Origin: Bdellovibrionota bacterium
GTDB lineage: Bacteria > Bdellovibrionota_C > UBA2361 > CALJRW01
Assembly: GCA_041740355.1 (NCBI GenBank)
Contig: JBGSMD010000047.1
Location: 1 to 39,506 of the forward strand
Direction: 5' to 3'
Length of the DNA: 39,506 bases
Under the pieces are notes generated by a model. The model was not told the DNA's origin, made no database searches, and saw only the letters and a program-made list of their open reading frames with translations. This document shows, in pieces, positions 19,824 to 30,019 of the stretch (its first letter is position 1; every line of letters starts with the position of its first letter). Position numbers and translations under genes: made by a program.

Positions 19824-20825
19824 TTAACTTGGCTTATAACTTTTATTGAGTAAGCTGACAGCCCCTTCAATATTAATCTTAATAGATTTTGTAGCTCGAC
19901 TAGGCAGACCTAAAACATTTTCTAAAAACTGATTGCAAACCCTAAGTCCCAACTCCCTACTTGCCTCCAGTCCCATACCGGATTTTCGAATATTCTGAAC
20001 TAATCTATGACCCAAAGTCCCTAATACTAATTCATCTCCACACAAACTTTTCTCTAGGGGCAACTTGGTAATTAAATCGCAAGCAAGAATTATAAATTTT
20101 TGGCTGCGTTCATTAACTCTTTGATACTTAGGCAAATAATCAATGACATTAAGAAAATATTTAACCAAAGGGCTTTCTTCTTCTGGATACCGTCCTGCGA
20201 TTTTTGATTCTAGTAAAATTCCTGCTACGTTAGACAAAAAAGACATATCACCCCAACTACTTTTGCTATTTCTTAGTAAAGACTTAAAATCTTTAACGAC
20301 AGCTTCTTCAATATCCTGATAACGGTAACCACGAAATGATTGAAAAATAACCTGCCTACATTGTAGGGGAAGATTACAGTCTGCTAAATAATCAATTACA
20401 CGCGATCGAACATCTGGGTTATCTAAACAGCCACTAAGAAGTCGAATTCCTTGCATGAATTCTGTCTTATCCTGACCTTTAAGCGGTTCATTAGTGTTTA
20501 ATCTAGCCAAACGATCTAATTTACTAAAAACTACATCTCTATGGTTAATTTGTATTTCACGAAAGTCTTTTCTAAACTTCGGAGCTAACTCTTCTCTAGA
20601 TTTAATACTCAGAGCATCTGCCAAAGTATCAACTTTTAAAAGTCCTCCTCGCAAATACTGTTCTGTTAAATTTGCAATTAGTTCCTTTTTCTTTTCATAG
20701 TTTGCTGAATTTAATAAGTCTTTTTCTAGATCGCGAAGATTCTGCATCTCTTCAGGGAACTGACGATTTAAAAGAAAATCTGTTACTTTTTGAACTATCC
20801 AATTTGGCCTGTGACAATCACGCAT
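19824..20825 (-). CDS. Hypothetical helical protein
   Basis: 333-aa ORF, Leu-rich and helical, weakly HEAT-like (LDNPDVRSRVIDYL); no family recognised. Confidence 0.6.
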   Translation of the reverse strand: MRDCHRPNWIVQKVTDFLLNRQFPEEMQNLRDLEKDLLNSANYEKKKELIANLTEQYLRGGLLKVDTLADALSIKSREELAPKFRKDFREIQINHRDVVFSKLDRLARLNTNEPLKGQDKTEFMQGIRLLSGCLDNPDVRSRVIDYLADCNLPLQCRQVIFQSFRGYRYQDIEEAVVKDFKSLLRNSKSSWGDMSFLSNVAGILLESKIAGRYPEEESPLVKYFLNVIDYLPKYQRVNERSQKFIILACDLITKLPLEKSLCGDELVLGTLGHRLVQNIRKSGMGLEASRELGLRVCNQFLENVLGLPSRATKSIKINIEGAVSLLNKSYKPS

Positions 20826-20882
20826 CTTGTAAATTTACCAAACATAGACTGCCTAATCAATTGCAATTTAATTCCAGCCCAT

Positions 20883-20924
20883 AAAAAAATCCCCTAAATC
20901 AATTAAGACTTAGAGGACTTTTTT
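20883..20924 (-). terminator. Rho-independent terminator downstream of ftsZ
   Basis: A7-TCCCCTAA...TTAGAGGA-CT6; stem with A/T tracts on both sides, about 35 bp after the ftsZ stop. Confidence 0.6.
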
Positions 20925-20957
20925 GTAGCTAACCTTAGCCCGATTAGGAATGAAAAC

Positions 20958-22118
20958 TTACTTTCTTAAAAAAGTAGGAATTTCAAATTTGTCATCAGAG
21001 CCTGAAAGAACTGAAAACTTTTTAAGCTTCATTACGTCATTGCTATCTTTAGATGGCTCAGCAGATGATGGAGTTGAAGTAACTTCAAGTTTAGCTGAGT
21101 TAGACATCATTGGCTTACTGCTTGCCATAATACGACTAGAAGTATCACGGGTATGATCTTCAAAACCAGTTGCAATAACAGTTACACGAACTAAATCTTC
21201 AATCGCTGGGTCAATCACCATACCCCAAATGATGTTAGCATCAGGGTGAGCTTCAGAATGAATTAATTCAGCAGCTTCATTAATCTCGGGAAGAGTTACA
21301 TCCATTGAAGAAGTGATGTTGATCAAAACACCTTTAGCACCGCGAATAGAAACGTCTTCTAAGAGTGGGCTAGAAACAGCTTTTTCAGCAGCTTCTAAAG
21401 CGCGGTTTTCACCACGGCTTTCACCAGTTCCCATCATCGCCATACCCATTCCGGACATAACTGCACGAACATCCGAGAAGTCAACGTTAACTAAACCTTC
21501 ACAGATGATTAGATCAGAAATACCTTTAACAGCTTGGAACAAGACATCATCAGCTTTTTTGAAAGCTTCGATTAATGTTGTGTTGCGACCAGCGATAGAA
21601 AGTAATCTTTGGTTAGGAATTGTGATTAATGTATCAACATGTTTCTTAAGTTCCTCAAGACCTCTTTCGGCGTTAGACATACGACGACGTCCTTCGAATA
21701 AGAAAGGCTTAGTAACTACACCAACAGTTAAGCAACCTAAGTTACGAGCGCATTCTGCAACAACTGCCGAGGCAAATGTTCCAGTTCCACCACCCATGCC
21801 AGCAGTTACAAACACCATGTCGGCACCTTCTAAAGCTGCACGAATTTCTTCGTAGCTTTCTTTAGCAGAAGCGTATCCAACATCTGGATCTGCACCAGCA
21901 CCAAGACCACGAGTGATTTCAGCACCTAATTGAATTTTGTTTACAGCCTTAGCAGAAGCTAATGCCTGAGCATCCGTGTTAGCAGCGTAGAATTCAACGC
22001 CCATCAACCCTGATTCGATCATGTTGTTAACAGCGTTAACACCAGCACCACCGCAACCAAAAACTTTAATGATTGCTTTATTATCTCTTAACTTATTGCG
22101 GATACTATCGTCAGACAT
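20958..22118 (-). CDS. ftsZ: Cell division protein FtsZ
   Basis: [47 protein letters not shown]-terminal EIPTFLRK; SD-like GGAGAGG upstream. Confidence 0.97.
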   Translation of the reverse strand: MSDDSIRNKLRDNKAIIKVFGCGGAGVNAVNNMIESGLMGVEFYAANTDAQALASAKAVNKIQLGAEITRGLGAGADPDVGYASAKESYEEIRAALEGADMVFVTAGMGGGTGTFASAVVAECARNLGCLTVGVVTKPFLFEGRRRMSNAERGLEELKKHVDTLITIPNQRLLSIAGRNTTLIEAFKKADDVLFQAVKGISDLIICEGLVNVDFSDVRAVMSGMGMAMMGTGESRGENRALEAAEKAVSSPLLEDVSIRGAKGVLINITSSMDVTLPEINEAAELIHSEAHPDANIIWGMVIDPAIEDLVRVTVIATGFEDHTRDTSSRIMASSKPMMSNSAKLEVTSTPSSAEPSKDSNDVMKLKKFSVLSGSDDKFEIPTFLRK

Positions 22119-22229
22119 GTGTTACCTCTCCAAAATTGATAAATTTGTTTAATTGCGATTAGATTTGGGGTCTTGCCAACCGAAATTTAAGAAAAGATAA
22201 CTTTTTCAGTTACCTTTAAACTGTAGGCG

Positions 22230-22258
22230 AATGTACACGAATCTGTGTAGCTAGTAAA
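22230..22258 (-). promoter_or_regulatory. Candidate sigma70 promoter for ftsZ
   Basis: Minus strand TTTACT-N17-TACATT. Confidence 0.4.
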
Positions 22259-22370
22259 CATTTTTGGATAATAATATGTTTTTTTTAGTTAAATCAGGGA
22301 AGTATAAGTGTAAGAAGGACAGAACTTAGATTAGTATTGCAACATTCCAAACAAGTCTGTCTACACATTC

Positions 22371-22416
22371 TCCTCCGCTGAAGCTTCGGAGGATAAAAAG
22401 GCTTCGACGTGACAAG
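22371..22416. repeat. REP-like palindromic repeat (family 2)
   Basis: TCCTCCGctgaagcttCGGAGGA followed by TAAAAAGGCTTCGACGTGACAAG; related copies at 19692 and 30503. Confidence 0.6.
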
Positions 22417-22440
22417 ATCATTTTTAGTGTCCTATGGACA

Positions 22441-23682
22441 CTAAAAATGATCTTGAAACCAATTTGTGATTCGGTGGTAAGACCTTGATATTACGTTCTG
22501 ATTAGAAACATAAACAGACTTCGGCTCCCGCACATAGTTTTGAATGAGTCCAACAACATTGGCGAACTCAGGATTATCAACAAAGTCAGCTAATCCATTG
22601 ATATTTAAAGGGCGACCGACTCTTACTGGCATATTAAAAATATCTTCAGCTAATGTAGTAATTGCCTTCAAATTAGCAGTACCACCAGTCAGAACGATTC
22701 CCGCTGTTAAGAAATGTTTCAAGTTGGATTTTTCAATTTCATCTAATAAGCACTCAAAAATTTCAGTAACTCTAAATTTAATAATTCCAGAAATTTCTCC
22801 AGTACTTACAATCTTACTAACTTGATTGCTAATCGATTTTACTTCAACACGTTTTTCGCCAACAATGGCTGCAGGAGTAGCAAACCCATGTTCACATTTT
22901 AATTTCTCAGCATTAAGCACCCCAGTTCTTAATCCAGAAGCTAGATCACGAGTAATTAATCCTCCACCCAATGGTAGCACTTTGGAATAACGAAGTTCTC
23001 CATTACTATAGATCACCATATCCGCGGTCCCAGCTCCAATATCAATCACACATACTCCCTGCGATCTTTCCTCCGGCGAAGTTACAGCCTGAGCCGAAGC
23101 GATACCGTTAAAGGTTAAATCTTTAGCTCTAAAACCACAGCGATTCATACACTTCAAACTATTCTGAATTGCATTGCGAGAGGCTGTCACAATATGAACA
23201 GAACTTTCTAAACGTACAGCCGAAATGCCTAATGGATCTTGAATTCCTGCTTGCCCATCAACAGTATAACTTTGGGGAAGAACATGAATAATCTCTCGAT
23301 CGTGGGGAACTGCAATTGCCTTAGCAGCTTCCAAAACTGCTTGAGTATCAGCAGAGCTGACTTCATTATACTTAACTTTTACAACACCATTACTGGAGAA
23401 TCCTTCCAGATGTGCCCCACTAATTCCTAAAATGATTTGAGAAAGATTGGTCAAAGCTAAGGCCTCAGCTTGGCGAATAACTTCTCGTATATTCTGGGCA
23501 GTATAATCAATGTTAATGACTACACCTTTGCGAATCCCCTTACTTTCAGTTTGACCAACGGAAGATATGTAGAATTTATCAGTTTGTTCATTTGCTGATA
23601 GGTCAATCACAACAGCCTTAATTGAACTAGTACCAAGGTCGAGTGCGGCTATAATATTTTTGGAATTACTACTGTTAGACAT
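22441..23682 (-). CDS. ftsA: Cell division protein FtsA
   Basis: ALDLGTSSIK, GIRKGVVINI, IDIGAGT, AEKLKCEHG, GIVLTGG, PVRVGRP. Confidence 0.95.
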   Translation of the reverse strand: MSNSSNSKNIIAALDLGTSSIKAVVIDLSANEQTDKFYISSVGQTESKGIRKGVVINIDYTAQNIREVIRQAEALALTNLSQIILGISGAHLEGFSSNGVVKVKYNEVSSADTQAVLEAAKAIAVPHDREIIHVLPQSYTVDGQAGIQDPLGISAVRLESSVHIVTASRNAIQNSLKCMNRCGFRAKDLTFNGIASAQAVTSPEERSQGVCVIDIGAGTADMVIYSNGELRYSKVLPLGGGLITRDLASGLRTGVLNAEKLKCEHGFATPAAIVGEKRVEVKSISNQVSKIVSTGEISGIIKFRVTEIFECLLDEIEKSNLKHFLTAGIVLTGGTANLKAITTLAEDIFNMPVRVGRPLNINGLADFVDNPEFANVVGLIQNYVREPKSVYVSNQNVISRSYHRITNWFQDHF

Positions 23683-23784
23683 GTGAAAATATTGTAACAG
23701 AGTTTGATTTTTGACAATAGCAAATCGTTAAACCTTAACTTTAGTTAATAATTCTTATTAATGAAGCTTAACTAAGCCCAAGAG

Positions 23785-24570
23785 TTAGATTTTTTTTAAC
23801 TTTTCGCTAGTCTTGGCAACTTCTACAACTTTGAGGACTGGATGCTTTGGTCGTAAATCTAAAGTCCATTCAGTAGATTCAGGGACGTTTTGAGATTTAA
23901 AGAAACTCTTTAAATTCTGTATGTCGGCATTAAACTTTTCTGGATAGAGATCCGCATTAGAAAAAATGATCTCACCAGAACGATCTCTAAGATGCAATTT
24001 TAACTCATTACTTGGCTGAAGCTGAAGAATGACAGGATAAATGCTTTGGCTAACTAGCAAATCGTTTAGTGCAACTAAATAACGTAACCTTGCTCCCAAT
24101 AATTCATTATTATTGGCGGCAAACATTAGATCGTCTAGTTGTGGCAGATTAGAGAAATACTTTTCAGCATTAGCCTGACTAACAGGCATTAAAAAATCCC
24201 CACCTTTAGTTACCAGCCACCAATGACTTGCTACTCTGTATAGATAATCTGGATGATATTCATAAATCTCAACTTGATAGCAATTAAGCGACCAAGGCGT
24301 ACAAGATGTGACTTCGGCCTTTTCTACTAATGCTTCACCTTCTAAGGCTTTTTCAATTTGATCTGGCATTAGAAACCAAGACAGATTCGTTACAGCTGGC
24401 AATCGCTTCATCAGCTGATCTTTGGAAACTAAGCTATTACCATTGAAGTGAATATCTCTTCGCGAGAATTCAACCGGGAAATATTTATTAGCAAGTGGCG
24501 TTAGACGATAAGTCTGGACGATCGTAAGCGATACGACCAGAAATACAATGAAAAAAGTCCAAAACTTCAT
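23785..24570 (-). CDS. ftsQ: Divergent FtsQ/DivIB-like protein
   Basis: N-terminal TM, POTRA-like segment (IHFNGNSLVSKDQL), C-terminal LDLR; directly upstream of ftsA. Confidence 0.6.
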   Translation of the reverse strand: MKFWTFFIVFLVVSLTIVQTYRLTPLANKYFPVEFSRRDIHFNGNSLVSKDQLMKRLPAVTNLSWFLMPDQIEKALEGEALVEKAEVTSCTPWSLNCYQVEIYEYHPDYLYRVASHWWLVTKGGDFLMPVSQANAEKYFSNLPQLDDLMFAANNNELLGARLRYLVALNDLLVSQSIYPVILQLQPSNELKLHLRDRSGEIIFSNADLYPEKFNADIQNLKSFFKSQNVPESTEWTLDLRPKHPVLKVVEVAKTSEKLKKI

Positions 24571-24683
24571 ATGTTAACTATTAGCAGGATTTATTTAATA
24601 CAACCAGATAGCAATCGACTAGATTTTGTCTAGCAAAAAATCTACCACTGGTTAGTATTTGGAAGATCAAGTATAATCAATCA

Positions 24684-24911
24684 ATGCTTAGACTTCTATT
24701 AATCACATCATTAATCATCTTATGTTCCTGCCAAAATGCTGGTAAACAAAGTTCCAGAAGCTCTACAAAAAAAACCCAGACAGCTCCGGCAGGTAATCCA
24801 ATGTTAAAGGACTATGTAAAAATCCCACTTGATAAAGCAAAGCTTGCTAGTAAGATTAATGATAAGCATAATCGTAAGATAGAAGAGCAAGTCAAAGAAC
24901 TTGATCAATAG
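24684..24911 (+). CDS. Small lipoprotein
   Basis: Hydrophobic leader with lipobox LCSC; PLDKAK motif. Confidence 0.65.
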   Translation: MLRLLLITSLIILCSCQNAGKQSSRSSTKKTQTAPAGNPMLKDYVKIPLDKAKLASKINDKHNRKIEEQVKELDQ

Positions 24912-25194
24912 CTAATCTCAGGGAAAGCATTACACATATTTTCAACAATTTAACTAACTCTAATTATCTAGCTGACAAATTGTCAATTATTGTTTAATCA
25001 CGCTGGCTATTAAGAAAGTTTAATTATTAGAAAGTTGGCTGTAAACTACGAATCAAGCAAGCATTTATCCAAAAATCAGCTGTCAAGAAAAAAACAAGCA
25101 CCTAGAACAAGAATTCAGATATCATTCTAGCATATACCTAAAGATCTTAACTTTTCTGGCATTTTGACTAGGCACTTTATTTTTATAAATCGCC

Positions 25195-25773
25195 ATGTCA
25201 GTTATCAACATACAAAACAATCAAGAATCCGCACGCGACTTATTTGAAAAGTATTATCGGCTTATCCCCTTCTTAGTCGGTCGAATGACATATAAATCAA
25301 CTTTAATTTCCGAAGTTGACCAGGAAGATATTATCTCTAAAACCTACCTGATTCTCTGGGAAATTTGTATTAAACAAAGCCAAATCCAAGCACAAGCATT
25401 TAAGTCCTATGTTTATATCCGAATTAAAGGATCCATCATTGACGAATTAAGAAAGAAAAAGAAGATTCACGATCAAGCAATTTACTATGCCGACTACTTA
25501 AGTAAAATCTTAGAAGATGAAGGCTACCAGCCAAGTGATGTTTACGATTCCTCCTGCTCAATTGAAAGAGGGGAACTACAAAAACTACTATTAACGGCAC
25601 TAGATAAACTTAACCCCAAAGAACAAACAGTAATTTCCGAATTTTATCTACAAGAAAAAAAATTTTGCCAGATTGTTAATGACCATCATGGCCTTAGTAA
25701 ATCTTGGGTCTCAAAAATCCACCGCCAAGCCCTTAAAAAGCTAAAAGAACTAATAACATCCCCCAGTAACTAG
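25195..25773 (+). CDS. Sigma-70 family factor, FliA/WhiG-like, lacking region 3
   Basis: Region 2 FKSYVYIRIKGSIIDELRK; region 4 L..KEQTVI..FY...GLSKSWVSKIHRQALKKL. Confidence 0.8.
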   Translation: MSVINIQNNQESARDLFEKYYRLIPFLVGRMTYKSTLISEVDQEDIISKTYLILWEICIKQSQIQAQAFKSYVYIRIKGSIIDELRKKKKIHDQAIYYADYLSKILEDEGYQPSDVYDSSCSIERGELQKLLLTALDKLNPKEQTVISEFYLQEKKFCQIVNDHHGLSKSWVSKIHRQALKKLKELITSPSN

Positions 25774-25918
25774 AGATTGCAGGACATGACTGCTTAAAAG
25801 TGACTTCTCCTAATATTTTTGCTAATTTGATTGTGCGTTTTAAACCCACTGTTTTGTTGTAGTGGTGTTGTGGTGCAATGTTTGTACCGACAATTATTTT
25901 GAAATTTACTGTAAATCC

Positions 25919-26944
25919 ATGCCAATCGTAAACAAAGAACAATATTTAAAATTAATTCAAAAAGCTAAAACAGAAAAATATGCTTACCCAGCAATTAATG
26001 TCGTAAACATTGAAGGAATTCTTGCAGCACTGGAAGCTTTCACTGAAGCCAAGTCAGATGGGTTCATTCAATTTTCACTGGGAGCTGGTGCTCATGTAAC
26101 GGGTAGTCTTAAAGACTCAGTATTAGGTGCTAAAATTCTTGCTGAAGCTACGCACCAACTTGCTGCTAGGTATCCAGTAAATGTCATCTTGCACACCGAT
26201 CATTGTATCCCTGAAAAAGCTACCGGCTTCTTAGATCCATTATTCGCACTCAGCCAAGAAAGAGTTAGCAATGGCTTCGCTCCTCTATTTAATAGCCATA
26301 TGTTTGATGGTTCGGAATTAAATTTAACGGACAATATTAAAACTGCAAAAAAATATTTAGAAATGGCAAACTCTGCAAACATGCTGCTTGAAGTGGAATC
26401 AGGTGTAGTTGGTGGAGAAGAAGATGGAATTGATAATTCGGATACTCCTGCTGAAAAACTCTACACTAGTCCCGAAGATATGATTTCTTTCTACAAAGAA
26501 TTAAAAGACATTGGTGAATTCTTATATGCCGCAACGTTTGGAAATGTTCACGGAGTATACAAACCGGGAAATGTTAAATTGAGCCCAAAAATTCTTCGTG
26601 ACGGTCAAGCTGCTGTTGCTAATGCCTATAAATTATCCGCCAACCCACTTAATTTAGTATTCCATGGTGGTTCTGGTTCAGACTTATCAGATATTCATGA
26701 AACACTTGGTTATGGTGTAGTTAAGATGAACGTTGATACTGACACACAATACGCTTTCACTAAACCAATCTTTGATCACATGCTTAAAAACTATGATGGT
26801 ATATTAAGAATTGATGGTGAAGTTGGTGATAAGAAAACTTACGACCCTCGTGCTTACATGAAGAAAGGCGTTGCAGGAATGAAAACAAGAATTATCCGAG
26901 CTGCGGAAGAGTTAAAGTCCGCCGGAAAGTCGCTAGGTCAATAA
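25919..26944 (+). CDS. fbaA: Class II fructose-bisphosphate aldolase
   Basis: YAYPAIN, HTDHC, SHMFDGS, GGEEDG, FGNVHGVYKPG, VFHGGSGS, KMNVDTD; likely start MPIV at 25919. Confidence 0.95.
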   Translation: MPIVNKEQYLKLIQKAKTEKYAYPAINVVNIEGILAALEAFTEAKSDGFIQFSLGAGAHVTGSLKDSVLGAKILAEATHQLAARYPVNVILHTDHCIPEKATGFLDPLFALSQERVSNGFAPLFNSHMFDGSELNLTDNIKTAKKYLEMANSANMLLEVESGVVGGEEDGIDNSDTPAEKLYTSPEDMISFYKELKDIGEFLYAATFGNVHGVYKPGNVKLSPKILRDGQAAVANAYKLSANPLNLVFHGGSGSDLSDIHETLGYGVVKMNVDTDTQYAFTKPIFDHMLKNYDGILRIDGEVGDKKTYDPRAYMKKGVAGMKTRIIRAAEELKSAGKSLGQ

Positions 26945-27025
26945 ATATTATTTTTATATTAACAGACAAAGCGTTTGTGAATAGTTATAGTTGAAGAACT
27001 TGCCTTATTTAAAAGCCGCTTATTT

Positions 27026-27596
27026 TTATCGCATAGCATTACATTGAGCTTTGGTAGTGTTATCTTCGACAAAACCATGGTCATATCTCCCGTTAAAACT
27101 AGGCAAAGTAGCATGCTTTTTTACTTTTCGATAACGCCAACCCATGTGATGGTTCTTCGCTGGGCCGGACTCAATCTTTGTTGAACATACAAATGTGCTA
27201 AACCATTCATTTGTTGCTGTCTTGGCAAATCTCATATATAGTGATGACAAAAAATAAATTACGTAAAAATCAAATAGATTGAGTTGTTTTTTGTCATAAC
27301 TATATAATTTTATTATCCCTCCGGGGGATAGACATACCTGGGACATTGGCATGAACTCTGGCCCGAGTGTCATAGTCATTGCCTGTGTTGGCTACTCCTG
27401 TCCAGACTATATCTCCGCCTCTAATTCGATCTAAATAAAAAGCTTCCACTCCAAGTGGCAATTGCCCCCCAACTACAGCTAATTCAGCCATATAAGCGTG
27501 TCGTTTAAATTCGTTAAAACTTGTCACCGACATGGAGGAGAGTACCCCCACAACCGACATAGTAACTAACAATTCCATTAAGGTGAAAGCTTTCAT
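27026..27596 (-). pseudogene. Type IV pilin/pseudopilin gene interrupted by a 94-bp composite element
   Basis: Prepilin N-terminus MKA|FTLMELLVTMSVVGVLSS; deleting 27237-27330 joins ..PGMS to MRFAKT.. in frame, giving 158 aa with two C-terminal-half Cys. Confidence 0.85.
27237..27330 (-). mobile_element. Composite hairpin + MITE-like insertion with TA target duplication
   Basis: Minus strand TC-TA-[TCCCCCGGAGGGATAATAAAATTA TATAG...CTATA]-TA-TG; near-identical to 54-147 apart from the central ~19 nt. Confidence 0.9.
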
Positions 27597-27749
27597 TTCT
27601 TCTTTATTAAACTATAAGATATGGTAATTCGACTTATTTTGTTAAAAACTTTAATAGATAATATGCAAATTTAGCTAAATTTCTCAAAATTCTTAAGATT
27701 TAATTTAAATATCCCTGGAATCGATCACAAAGTAAACAAACTAAATCTT

Positions 27750-28592
27750 CTAAGGATTTAATATCTTAACCATAGTCTCTTGCATTTTTTCATCAATGCA
27801 CCAAAGTAACTCTGGTATAGTTGCTGCTGGATGAGAGCTAAAGGTTGCTATTGGCCTGCCAGCAAAATCTGACATCAAACCACCAGCTTCCATTGCAATA
27901 AAAGCCGAAGCAGTGTTATCAATTAACTGGGCATCACACCTAATACTGGCATGGATTTCCCCACTCATTAACCTGCTAGCAGTAACAAGTGGATGGTGCA
28001 AATCGGCAGATTTAATATCTGGCAATAAGTTAGATTTCAAATCAGTCTTTAGAAAACGTTCTCTAATTTTCTCATTCCAAGAAGCATCAATCCAGAAGTG
28101 TTCTTGCTTAGTAATCTTAAATGATTGCCCACGTTGATTATTCAAAAGCTGCAAATCTGTTATCATCCATGCTCCCTCCCCACGAACGGCATAATAAGCT
28201 AATTCTTCGCAGGGAACATAAATGATTGAAGCTTCAATAATTCCTGCTTTAATTACAGTAATAATAATTGAAAACCTTGGAGAGTTTTCCTGATAAGGAA
28301 GAGTTCCATCAATTGGATCAATAAATATCTGATATTCAGAATTACGATTAAAATATTTGTCATTATAAGAGCTAAGATATTCCTCTCCAGCAAACATAAC
28401 ACTTGGATTGACCGCTAAAGAAATTACTTCAAAGAAAGTTTGAATCGACAAGTCCGCATCAGTTAAGGCTGCCGCAAAGATATTGGCCATATTATCTTTC
28501 TTTTTCTTATCAACATTCTTCTGAATTGCTTTGGCATATTTTCCAGCGATTGGAAGATACGGAAAATAATGTTGGAGGAGGGTTAAAGCCAT
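27750..28592 (-). CDS. Inositol monophosphatase (FIG) family protein
   Basis: LTDAD, GEE, IDPIDGT motifs; IDNTAS in place of the usual WD.AA; likely start MALT at 28592. Confidence 0.85.
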   Translation of the reverse strand: MALTLLQHYFPYLPIAGKYAKAIQKNVDKKKKDNMANIFAAALTDADLSIQTFFEVISLAVNPSVMFAGEEYLSSYNDKYFNRNSEYQIFIDPIDGTLPYQENSPRFSIIITVIKAGIIEASIIYVPCEELAYYAVRGEGAWMITDLQLLNNQRGQSFKITKQEHFWIDASWNEKIRERFLKTDLKSNLLPDIKSADLHHPLVTASRLMSGEIHASIRCDAQLIDNTASAFIAMEAGGLMSDFAGRPIATFSSHPAATIPELLWCIDEKMQETMVKILNP

Positions 28593-28858
28593 GGAATTAA
28601 TTATCAATCAATAAATTTGTATTTAAATTAGCAGTTAACGAACTACCCAACAATCAGTGATTACTTGCTTTTAAAATACAAAACTCTTCAAGTCTCTAAA
28701 TTTACTAAGTTTTTTAATATAAATAAGAAATTTGATTTCAGCATCCAAAACATTGGACAATGCATCTAAATATTTGATTTGTCTGGATTATTCTCTATTT
28801 TCAAGGATTTTCCAAAAAAAATTTTAATAATTGATGCCAACTTAAATTGCCTTACTAA

Positions 28859-30010
28859 ATGTTTCCTAAAGAACCCTCTCCTACTTTGGCATCAGAAGCA
28901 ACTAAGCACGCTCAGAGCTACGCTCAAAATTTAGTAAACAATGCCCGTGCAATTGTAGAAAACCTTTCCCTAATTCCGATGATCGGGGGAGGTCCAACAA
29001 TTGATTATTTATTAAATGAATTAGATCGGAAAGATCGCAAGCATCTTATCATACTTGATCAAAAAGTTCCCGGAATTGAAAGACTTGGCACAAGAACTAG
29101 CTATGGTTATGAGTATCAAGTGGCAGATAAAAAAATAACTGTAATTGATCATCTTGTCAGCGATTCTGAATTTTCAAAACTTTCCACTGGCAATCTTGTT
29201 TTAGAATACTTTAAAAAGTTCCCAGAGGGTCCACCTAAAGATGCGTTGATTTCAATTACACATGGTGATGCCGACAGCGTAATTTCTGCACTGATGATGC
29301 GAAAACAAATTCCTGCTCTCCCTGAATTTGGAGTAGCAGTGATGGCAGCCGATCATACTTTTCAATTAAATCCAATTGCAGACTTACTACAAGCCTTAGA
29401 AGCAACACCTAGCGTTAATGAAACAGTTCACTCTTTGATTAAAACTCAACAAGAAATTCTAGCTGCTGATCCCTTGCATGAATTTCGAAATGATTTACCT
29501 GATAATCCATTTCATCCCTCACTAGAAAAATCAATTAGAAATCTGGGATTACTTTTGCAAGGAAAAGAATTAGATCAAGACGCTCAAGCTAAAGTTCAAG
29601 AAAGAGCTAACGCTCGTAGTAAATGGATTTCGCGAATTGACTCGGGACAAGTAGTTGCCTTAGATAATGGTACAACATACTGCCTGATTCCTGAAACAAT
29701 TATCCACGATCCCTGCCCCGAATTTTTACAAGCACTTTTACCACAATCTAAAATCATTTTAGTATTTCATAATCCCCCAGAAGATCCTCAGTTTGTTCAA
29801 GTAAGAGCAATTCTTGGTAATGCTGCCCCTGATTATATTGCCTTAAATGATGGGATCCTCATTACTGAAGAAATTATTCCTGGATTTGGCGGCCGACGTG
29901 ATGCTGGTTCGAATCGACGTAACAAAATTTCATTATCAGCAGATCCAAAACTTGTAGCCGAGTTGATTGATTCTAATCTTTGGAAACAGTTGCAAAAGCC
30001 CAGTTCTTAA
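28859..30010 (+). CDS. Hypothetical protein with DHH-phosphoesterase-like motifs
   Basis: VIDH, ITHGDADS, AADH and C-terminal GFGGR.DAG. Confidence 0.5.
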   Translation: MFPKEPSPTLASEATKHAQSYAQNLVNNARAIVENLSLIPMIGGGPTIDYLLNELDRKDRKHLIILDQKVPGIERLGTRTSYGYEYQVADKKITVIDHLVSDSEFSKLSTGNLVLEYFKKFPEGPPKDALISITHGDADSVISALMMRKQIPALPEFGVAVMAADHTFQLNPIADLLQALEATPSVNETVHSLIKTQQEILAADPLHEFRNDLPDNPFHPSLEKSIRNLGLLLQGKELDQDAQAKVQERANARSKWISRIDSGQVVALDNGTTYCLIPETIIHDPCPEFLQALLPQSKIILVFHNPPEDPQFVQVRAILGNAAPDYIALNDGILITEEIIPGFGGRRDAGSNRRNKISLSADPKLVAELIDSNLWKQLQKPSS

Positions 30011-30019
30011 TTAAAAATA

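Noticed and set aside
21313-21855. 180-aa ORF antisense to ftsZ, and similar shadows (1753, 2584, 4011, 8876, 16487, 20494, 20672, 20950, 22544, 23239, 25733, 26200, 27913, 30970, 33749, 36260, 36762)
   Set aside because: Overlap well-supported genes antisense or out of frame and have no motifs; typical shadow ORFs.
27026-27379. Independent 117-aa gene
   Set aside because: Its N-terminal half is an off-frame read of the pilin and the insert; only 27026-27235 is real, as the pilin C-terminus.
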